Part shown: positions 1 to 9,200 of the stretch, piece by piece
Position numbering within the stretch: the stretch's first letter is position 1
Layout: the number at the start of each line of letters is the position of its first letter
Source of the DNA: Candidatus Cloacimonadales bacterium
GTDB taxonomy: Bacteria > Cloacimonadota > Cloacimonadia > Cloacimonadales > JAFGVF01
DNA: 64,000 bases
Direction of reading: 5' to 3'
Assembly (NCBI GenBank): GCA_963692475.1
Contig: OY829950.1
Coordinates: 404,554 to 468,553 of the forward strand
The notes under the pieces: generated by a model
The model's input: the letters and a program-made list of their open reading frames with translations, nothing else
Database searches by the model: none
What the model was told of the DNA's origin: nothing
Program-made: the position numbers and the translations under genes

Positions 1-1283
1 TCTGTAACAGCTATCATTAACTGCCTATCATTACCATAAATTTTCATATCAACCCCTGCATAAATATTATGATTAAGGGCAATATCTATAATCTTTTGAG
101 CAGGAACAGGTGTATTAACTACAAATTCCTTAAAGAAAGTTTGGTTAGGATAAGCTAATTCAAAGCCATCAATTTTAGCAATTTCTTGGGCTAAATAGTG
201 AGCTTTGGTCATAGATTGAGTAGCGACTTCCTTAATTCCTTCACGACCCATAAGAGCCATATAGACAGTAGCTGCAAGAGTACAAAGTGATTGATTTGAA
301 CAGATGTTTGAAGTTGCTTTAACTCTTCTTATATGTTGTTCACGAGCTTGTAAGGTAAGACAATAAGCCTTATTTCCAGCTTCATCAAGAGTTTCACCAA
401 CAATTCTTCCCGGCATCATTCTTGCCATAGAAAGATTAGTTGCAAAGAAACCGAAGAGTGGACCACCATAATTGATATTATTACCGAGGGCTTGACCTTC
501 ACCAATCACTATATCAGCATTATATTCTGCCGGAGAATTAGTAATAGCAAGAGCAATAGGATCTGTTGAAGCAATGAAGATACCTTTTTTTGTTTGATGA
601 GTAAGTTCTTCTACTGCAAACATATCTTCAATGTTACCAAAGAAGTTTGGACTTTGAACTAAGACACAAGCTATATCATCACTAACTTTTGCTTCTAAAT
701 CTTTGATATCAATAACGCCGTTAAGGGAGTTAATATATTCTAATTCAATTCCTAAACCTTCAGTATATCTTTCAATAACATTTCTAAAGTTTGGATTTAT
801 AGTAGTTGCAATTAAAGCCTTATTCTTTCTAGTGCTTCTTATAGCCATTAGAATAGCCTCTGCAGCTGCAGTTGCACCATCATACATACTCGCATTAGCA
901 ATCTCCATACCTGTAAGCTCACAAATCATTGTCTGATACTCATAAATGAATTGCAATGTTCCTTGACTAACTTCAGCTTGGTAAGGAGTGTAAGCAGTAT
1001 AAAATTCAGGACGAGATACGATTGTATCAACGGCTGCAGGAATAAAGTGATCATAAACACCAGCACCAAGATAAGAATCTGAGGCTTGAGTGCATTTGTT
1101 TGTATTTGTTAATTGAAATACTTTTCTTGAAATCTGTTGCTCTGAATAAGCTGCTTCCAAATTTAGCTTTTCTTTCAAAACAAATTTCTCTGGGATATTT
1201 GCAATGAGCTCTTTGAATGATGCTACGCCTATTTCGCGTAACATCTCTTGGCGTTCTTGCTCAGTTGTTGAGATGTAAGGCAT
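1..1283 (-). CDS. gcvPA: glycine dehydrogenase (aminomethyl-transferring) subunit 1; C-terminal end lies outside the window
   Basis: Absent from the ORF track because there is no stop in the window. Own translation of the minus strand from ATG at 1283-1281 gives MPYISTTEQERQEMLREIGVASFKELIANIPEKF...EFYTAYTPYQAEVSQGTLQFIYEYQTMICELTGMEIANASMYDGATAAAEA...GEGQALGNNINYGGPLFGFFAT... The frame stays open to position 1. These are typical GcvPA sequence blocks. Confidence 0.85.
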   Translation of the reverse strand, partial: MPYISTTEQERQEMLREIGVASFKELIANIPEKFVLKEKLNLEAAYSEQQISRKVFQLTNTNKCTQASDSYLGAGVYDHFIPAAVDTIVSRPEFYTAYTPYQAEVSQGTLQFIYEYQTMICELTGMEIANASMYDGATAAAEAILMAIRSTRKNKALIATTINPNFRNVIERYTEGLGIELEYINSLNGVIDIKDLEAKVSDDIACVLVQSPNFFGNIEDMFAVEELTHQTKKGIFIASTDPIALAITNSPAEYNADIVIGEGQALGNNINYGGPLFGFFATNLSMARMMPGRIVGETLDEAGNKAYCLTLQAREQHIRRVKATSNICSNQSLCTLAATVYMALMGREGIKEVATQSMTKAHYLAQEIAKIDGFELAYPNQTFFKEFVVNTPVPAQKIIDIALNHNIYAGVDMKIYGNDRQLMIAVT

Positions 1284-1407
1284 ATTAACTCCTTAAATAT
1301 AGTTTATTATTTAATTACTACTACAATTTAAGGCACTATTCTGTCAATAAAAAGTGAAATATTTTAATAAATTATTTATATATAGATATTTAGGAATACC
1401 TATTGAG

Positions 1408-3081
1408 TTACTCAAACTCTTTATGATTAGTGAGTTTTAAGGGTAATTTTACATAAAAAGTAGTACCTTCATTAAGAGATGATTTTACCCAAATTTCTCC
1501 TTCTAATGATGCAACCAAGGCATAGACTATGGTTAGTCCTAAACCAGAACCTTGGCTTAGCTTATCTTTGTTATTCTCAAGCTGAGTAAATCCGTGAAAT
1601 ATGATGTCCTTATCTTTTTCGTTAAAGCCTATTCCAGTATCTTTAACAAAAAAAACGATATCGTCTTCTATGATATTATAGCCAAGGGAAATCTCGCCAT
1701 AATCAGTGAATTTATTAGCATTATCTAAAAGATGACTAAGAATTTTCTTTAATTTATCATGATCTGTTGTTATAGTTAATAATCTATCACAATCAGTGGG
1801 GATTTGTAAAGAATAATTCAAGCTTTCAGATTTAGGAGTATCTTCAAATAATTTTACTAGAAAATCAAATATGTTAACTTCATCATGACTTATACTTACT
1901 AACTTACTATTTATCAAAGTAACATCTATCATATCATTAACTATTTTCAATAATTTTTCCCCTGAATAATGAATTGATTTCAGATAATCATCTTGTAAAT
2001 CAATATTATATTCTTTCTTCCTTTTTAACAACAAATCTGAAAAACCTAAAATAGAGTTAAGAGGTGTCAGAAGTTCGTGAGAAACTGAGCGGAGAAAATT
2101 ATCTTTAATCTTATTCATATTTCTAAGTTTATCTTTTGTTATTTCTAAATTCCGTTGAGTTTTCTCTTTTTCTGCTATTTCTTGAATTAGATACTGGGTT
2201 TGAGATTTAACCCTTGCTGCCAAAATCCGATTAAATAAATAGAAACCTATAATGGAAAGTGATAAAATAATGAGAAGTATTTTTACCCATTTAGGGAAGT
2301 AGTTTGGATTATTTTTATCTATATATTTAGAGATTGAAAGATAGTAGATAGAGTTTGTATCCATTTTGTATTTAACAATATAGTTATCTAAGATTGAAAT
2401 TATCTCTTCTGCAAGTGGATTATTTATTGCTAGTGCATATTTTAAATGAATCGGTTGAAACCAAAAAGGAGTTGCAGTAATTCGACCTCTCTTTTTATAC
2501 ATATTACCAATATCTTTATTGGCAACACCACCATAAACTTCCCCCTCCACAACAGCATCTAACAAATTTATATAGGAATCAAACTCAATATATTCTACAT
2601 TAATATTGAAACCATTAAGTAGCTCTACAATCCCACCAGGTTCATTATAATTCACACTCCCTGATAAAACGCCCATTGTGTGATTTTGGAAATCCAAAAG
2701 AGAAGCAACATCGTTATTTTTATGAGTAAAAATAGTTGACCATGATAACAGGACCATTTCATTATTAAAAATCTTCTTATTTTTTCTGGAATCTAATTCA
2801 GCCACATCAAGCATCACATCAATAGCACCTGAGTTTAGACGTTCATTGCACTCTAACCAAGTCCCATATACCCATATTATCTCAATCTTTGCATCTTTAC
2901 CTATCTCATTCGTAACTTCTGCCCAAAAACCTTCAGCTTTGTTTGTTAACTCATCGTAGTATATTTTTGGTGGATTATCATAGTATCCAACTCTTAAGCT
3001 TGATATAGCAAATAATAGCGAAAAACTCAACAATATAAGCATAATTAATGTATGTTTCATTACTTCTACTCCTCTCTCCAA
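1408..3081 (-). CDS. sensor histidine kinase with periplasmic solute-binding-protein-like sensor domain (orphan; no response regulator nearby)
   Basis: Signal/TM segment MKHTLIMLILLSFSLLFAISS, then a ~230-aa periplasmic SBP-like region, then a second TM (WVKILLIILSLSIIGFYLF). H-box SVSHELLTPLNSILGFSDLL; ATPase boxes LLDNANKFT, DTGIGF, GSGLGLTIV. The ORF-track start at 3081 is a TTG. ATG at 3060, preceded by GGAGAGAGGAG, is the more likely start. Confidence 0.8.
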   Translation of the reverse strand: MERGVEVMKHTLIMLILLSFSLLFAISSLRVGYYDNPPKIYYDELTNKAEGFWAEVTNEIGKDAKIEIIWVYGTWLECNERLNSGAIDVMLDVAELDSRKNKKIFNNEMVLLSWSTIFTHKNNDVASLLDFQNHTMGVLSGSVNYNEPGGIVELLNGFNINVEYIEFDSYINLLDAVVEGEVYGGVANKDIGNMYKKRGRITATPFWFQPIHLKYALAINNPLAEEIISILDNYIVKYKMDTNSIYYLSISKYIDKNNPNYFPKWVKILLIILSLSIIGFYLFNRILAARVKSQTQYLIQEIAEKEKTQRNLEITKDKLRNMNKIKDNFLRSVSHELLTPLNSILGFSDLLLKRKKEYNIDLQDDYLKSIHYSGEKLLKIVNDMIDVTLINSKLVSISHDEVNIFDFLVKLFEDTPKSESLNYSLQIPTDCDRLLTITTDHDKLKKILSHLLDNANKFTDYGEISLGYNIIEDDIVFFVKDTGIGFNEKDKDIIFHGFTQLENNKDKLSQGSGLGLTIVYALVASLEGEIWVKSSLNEGTTFYVKLPLKLTNHKEFE

Positions 3082-3219
3082 GAATAAGATAGTTGTATTT
3101 TGTGAAAAAACTTATTTATTTTCATTATATATTTCAACTACTCCTTTCTCCTTTATCTGATTAATTTATTGATTCCTTTTGGGAATTATACTTGACTAAT
3201 TAATTTACATTTATAAACT

Positions 3220-6200
3220 TTGGAAAATATCATTCTGAGGAGAGAGGAATTGATAATGAGAATAACTGATTTGTTTGAAAAAATTGTTTCAAATTACCCA
3301 AAATGTATTGCAATAATTGATCATATGAATTCATATACTTATGATGAGATTAATAAAAAAGCTAACCAATTGGCTGCATATTTAATTAATTCTGGTTTAG
3401 GACCAAATCATCCTGTTGGGGTATTAGCATATAGAGACAACAACTATATTATTGCAATATTGGCAATTTTGAAAGCAGGTTGTTTCTATGTCCCTCTTGA
3501 CCCGAAATACCCTGATGAGCGTTTAGATTTTATTATTAATAATACCGATATGAATTTCATTATTGGTACCTCAGAAAATCTTCTAAATATTCTCCCAGAA
3601 CATAATCACAGAAAAATCTACTTAGATGCACCAGAAATATCATTAGAATCACCTGACAATATAGTTAGTGAATCTGGTGATGATACAGATAATATATATA
3701 TATTATTTACCTCAGGTTCTACTGGAAAGCCAAAAGGAGTAATAGTTAATCACCGTGGTGTTATTAATTTAGTTAAACATTTTCAGGAAACATTTAAAGC
3801 TCCAATAGGAAACTATAATGCTTGTCAAAATGCGAGATTAAGCTTTGATGCATCAACTTTAGAAATATGGTATAGCTTGCTTTCTGCTGCTACTCTTTAT
3901 TTTACTCCTGAGAGCATTCTTCTTCAACCCACAAAACTACGTGACTGGATTATTGAAAAAGAAATAAGAGAAATTCTCTTAGTTACTCCTATTGCTGAAA
4001 TGTTATTTGATCAAAAGTTTCCTCCTGACTGTCCATTTAAGTACCTATATTTAGGAGGTGATGCATTAAAGAAGCTTCCACCAGCTGACTTCAAACCTCA
4101 AATAGTAAATGTTTATGGACCAACTGAGTGTGCCTGTATCACTGTTTTGGATACTTATCCAAATGGCTATCAGGGTCTTATAACTATCGGTAAACCAATA
4201 AGCAATACCAGAACATACATTCTGAACGAAGATTTAGAATTAGTTGAACCGGGAGAACTCGGCGAGCTTTGCTTAGCTGGAGATAGTGTAGGAAATGGAT
4301 ATTGGAAGCTCCCTGAACAAACAGAATCAGCTTTTGTAAGAAATCAGCAAGTTAATAAAGTATTAAGTGAAGATGTAATTTATAGAACTGGTGATTTAGT
4401 TAGAGAGTTACCAGATGGAAGATTAGACTTTAGAGGAAGAATAGATTTTCAGGTTAAAATAAGAGGCCTACGTATAGAACTTAACGAAATTGAGAAGATA
4501 ATTCATCATCATGAGAATATTGATCAAGCTGTGGTTTTAGCTCTTGGATCAGGAAATGAAAAATTCCTCGTAGCTTACTATACAAGTGTAGATAAGAAGA
4601 AGATTGAGCAAAGTCAGATTGTAGCTTACTGTCAACAGGAGCTCCCTGATTATATGATACCAAAATTCTATCTGCATTTAGAGAATATTCCTTTAACTCC
4701 AAACAATAAGGTAGATAGAAAAGTATTAGAGAGTATTGATTTACCTAAGGAAGATAAAGCTGTTATTGCACCTGAGAATGAAATTCAATCAGAAATATTG
4801 GCAGTCTGGCAAGAGTTTTTAGATATTAACAGTATCAGTATTGATGATAATTTCTTTTATATTGGAGGCCATTCACTTAAAGCAGCTCAAATAGTCAATG
4901 AGCTCCAAAGCCGTAATTATTCTCTAGAGTTGAATCAGTTCATGACAAATCCTACGATTAAAGAGCTTTCAGAAATTATTATCACAAGCGATATAAAATA
5001 TTCCGAAATCCCATTTATCCCTCGCAACAAAGAATATTATCGCATTACGAAAAACCAAGAAGATCTTTGGTATCTAAGTCATCTTGATGATTCAAAGAGG
5101 ATTTATAATATCTATGTCAAATGTGAATTTGTGGATGGAATCGATGCTGTAATCTTGCAACGTAGCTTAGAATATTTAGTAAATATTTATGAAACTTTTA
5201 AATCTACTTTTAAAGAGGTTTCAAAAAACATATACCAGACTATTGAAAAAAATCCTATCTTTAATTGTGAGACGATTACCATTAACTCTCGTACGGATTT
5301 AGACAATCTCATAAATCAAATTCAACTTATTGAATATAAAGCTGATATGTATCCACTATATACAATGAAAATAGTTAATTTTGAAAATAAGTTACTACTT
5401 TTGATGAATATCCATCATTTGATTTTTGATGGTTGGTCAATGAAAGTTTTCATAGACAAACTTAGTAATATTTATCACCAACTTGCAGACCAGAATGAAT
5501 CAGTATTAGAGCTTAAACCATCAATTCAGAATATCGATTATTCTGAATTTAACAGAGATAATACAGACCTCTTCACTTCTGATGAAGAATATTGGCATGA
5601 ACTGCTTATTCCCTATCCACCTGACTTATTCCTTGATAAAAATAGATTTCAACATAAATATCTAACACCTAAAGGGGACAGACTTTGGTTCAGTATTAGT
5701 AAGCAGCAACTAACAAAAATTTCTCGTTTCTCTCAGCAAAACTCTGTTTCTCTCTTCTCTTTACTGCTCACAATGTATCAAATTGTATTAGCAGAAAAGT
5801 CCAGTAGAAGCGATATTACTGTCGCTTTCCCTTATGCAGGAAGAAAAAGCAAAGTTGAAGAAGAGTTAATTGGTTATTACACTAATATGGTGATTGTTCG
5901 AGCCAAAATGTTCGGGCAGGATTTTAAAGCTTTGCTTTCAAACATTCATAAGCAAGTAATGAATGCAATTTCTCATAGTTCAAAACCTTTTGGTGATGTT
6001 GTCAAAAGCTTTAACTTAGCTCTTGATAAATCTAAAACACCTCTATATCAAGCAATCTTTGTGATGCAAAACTGGCATGGCTCTTCTGCAAAGTCCATAA
6101 TTTCATCTGAAAAAGAGTTAGGAACAAAAACATCCAAAACAGATATTACCCTCAACGCTGAAGAAATTGAATCTGGAATGGAGTTTTGGTTAGAATATAA

Positions 6201-9200
6201 TACAGATTTTTACACAAAAGATTTGATTGATAGTATTAAAGATAGATTTATTGAGCTAATTGATACTCTTGACCCTCCACAATTGAATTCAAATTACAAG
6301 ACTTGCTTTATCCTTGCAGAAACAACTCTGGGAATTAAATGTGCTGAGATACTTCTTGCTCAGAATTACCATATTTATGGTATTATATCACCCAATCAAC
6401 AAGTAATAAATTGGGCTAAAAAGCAAAGTATTTATTCTGAAAACCTTGATAAAGCTAATATTAAGAAGCTTCTTTCAAGTTATTCATACGAATATCTCTT
6501 TAGTGTGGTGAACAGTATCGTCTTAGATAAAGATATTCTTGCTACACCTATTAAGATGACTATAAATTATCATGATTCTCTATTACCAAGTTATGCAGGT
6601 TTATATGCTACTTACTGGGCTCTCGTTAATAACGAAACAAGTCATGGAATTTCTTGGCATATTGTTGATGAAGGAATTGATACAGGTAAGATTTTATCTC
6701 AAGCTGAAGTAAAGCTTGAAGCTAATGATACTTCTTCTATCCTCAATATGAAGTGTTATGAAGCAGCTTTATCATCTTTCTCTAAAATGCTGACTGCTCT
6801 CGAAAATAAGAGTTTGAATCCAGTTGAACAAGATTTAACTAAGAGAAGCTACTATGGAGCAAACTATAGAACAGAAGAATGTTGTAGCATTACTTATAAT
6901 AGTACGATTGATACCTGTGAGAGATTATACCGAGCTTCAAATTTCGGTGATAACGAGAACCCTATTGCTAATTTAAAAGTCAAGATCAATAATAACTTCT
7001 ATATCATCCAAAATGCTAGATTCAGAAAAAGTGAGGGTAATAAAATCCATAGCTTACAAGCATCGCAGGATAATTTAGAAATTTATCTTTCAGATGGAGT
7101 AATTATAGCTGACAAAATTCTTGATTTAAAGGGAGAATCTATTAGTATCGACAACTTGGCAAGTCAGCAAAACTGGGAATCACCTGAGAAAAATGATTTC
7201 GATACTTATTTCCAAGGAGTTAAGAACGAACTTTACTGGCTAAAGCAGTTATCAGATTTTGAGGCTTTAGATCTACCTATACAATTAGATAATACAACCT
7301 CAAAGATTAATAACTTAGATATTAGTAATCCTGATTTAGCTTTATATGTTTGTTTCTTAGCCCGTCTATCTACACAATCTAAATTCTCATTAGTTATCAA
7401 AAGGGATGAAAACCATCCTCTATTAATGAGTCATTTACCTTTGAATATTCAGGTTGATTTTAATCTTACACTTGAAGAAAATATTGCTAATATTGAGAAA
7501 AGAATTTCAAGGATGAAGAAGAGATCTCATCTTTTGAAAAGTCTTTTTTATCGTTATCCTCAACATAAGCACTTCAAGAATACTTTAGTGACTTCCGAAG
7601 TGAATGTAGATGAAGGGTTGTTTCAATACTTTAAATCCCATCTCCAAGCTGAATTACTTCTAAAAGATGTTCTACTTATAAATAATACTGATTTAACTAA
7701 AATAAATAGCTGGAATTCTATTACTTTCCCTATCCCTGAAAACAAGTCTTTTATTGATCTTTTTAAAAATTCAGTAGCAGAATACTCCAACAAGATTTCT
7801 GTAGAATTTTCTGATAAAGCAATAACTTATAAAGAGTTAGATGAGCTTTCAGATAATTTGGCGAACTATCTATATAATGAATATGGAAGAGGTCAGTTTA
7901 TTGCAATATCTACTGAAAGATGTATCGAAATGGTAATAATTATTTTGGGGATTATCAAAAGTGGTAATGCTTATCTTCCTATAGACCCGAATTACCCTAA
8001 AGAGAGAATCAAACATATTTTGGAAAACTCTCAATGCAGATTAATGTTCACAGATTATGAATATCTTGGAATAAAAGGAACAACAACATTATCTGTAAGC
8101 AATTGCAGACAATACAACTCTTCTAAATCTACCCATATCACCATTTCTCAAAATGATTTAGCTTATATCATTTATACATCAGGCACTACTGGTAAACCAA
8201 AAGGAGTAATGGTCAATCATGGTAACCTGATTAATCACAACTTAATAGTAAAAGAGAGATATGATATCACATCTCAAGATAGAGTATTGCAGTTTGCCTC
8301 CATTAGTTTTGATATCTCAGTTGAAGAAATTTTTCCTTGCTTGCTTGCTGGAGCAACTCTTGTATTAAGAAGTGATGAGATAAATAAGTCAGCTTCTCAG
8401 TTCTTAGAGTTCATAACGATTAAAGAAATTTCTATAGTAAATTTACCTACAGCTTTTTGGCATCAGATTACCAAGTCTCTTCCTCAAGAGCATTTTCCTG
8501 AAAGGGTTAAGACTCTAATAATTGGAGGTGAAAAAGCTTCACAAGAAATCTATGAGCATTGGTTAGAAAATACACTTAAGCATGTTCAGCTATTTAATAC
8601 TTATGGTCCTACAGAAGCTACCATCATTGCTACGATAGATGAAGGAATTGATGATACAATTGGCAAAACTATGCCTAATACAGCTATTCATATCTTAGAT
8701 AAATACTTGAAACCAACCCCCTTAGGTATTGCAGGTTCTATATACATCGGAGGAAAAGGAGTAACTCCTGGCTATTTTAATAATGAGAAACTTACTCATG
8801 ATAAGTTCATTGAAACACCTGAATATGGAAGAATCTATGCTACTGGTGATTTAGGTCTATTCTATGAATCTGGTAAGATTAAATTCTTGGGTAGAGATGA
8901 TGATCAAATTAAACTTAATGGATTTAGAATAGAATTATCTGAAATTGAGACCAGCATCACTCAGAATAGTAGTTTAAACACTGTATTTGCAGATGTTAGG
9001 GGTAAAGAGAATAGTAGAAAAATATATCTTTATTATCTAAGCAACACTGATATTTCTAAAGAGTATTTCACATCGATTGCTAAACAATATTTACCAGACT
9101 ATATGATTCCTACAGAATATATTAAGATAACAGAGTTACCTTTAAATCCTAATGGTAAAATTGATAAGAAGTTATTGCCCGAGCCAGAGTTAGAGGAAAA

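Noticed and set aside
703-936. 77-aa plus-strand ORF, together with similar antisense or off-frame ORFs inside large genes: 4481-4702, 13515-13724, 15937-16173, 16820-17035, 20479-20661, 21314-21586, 22522-22740, 23730-24223, 24430-25048, 25331-25513, 26513-26695, 29991-30299, 31812-31997, 35671-35856, 39006-39287, 41597-42583, 43054-43446, 45019-45333, 47634-48073, 48871-49230, 51393-51587, 54060-54371, 55835-56041, 56519-56701.
   Set aside because: Each is fully embedded in a well-supported gene with strong family motifs on the other strand or frame. They are low-complexity AT-rich translations without motifs.
1284-1407. Glycine riboswitch upstream of gcvPA.
   Set aside because: The gap is only 124 nt of AT-rich sequence without the conserved GGAGAG...CACCG cores. 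gcvPA is probably internal to an operon, or its leader lies elsewhere.
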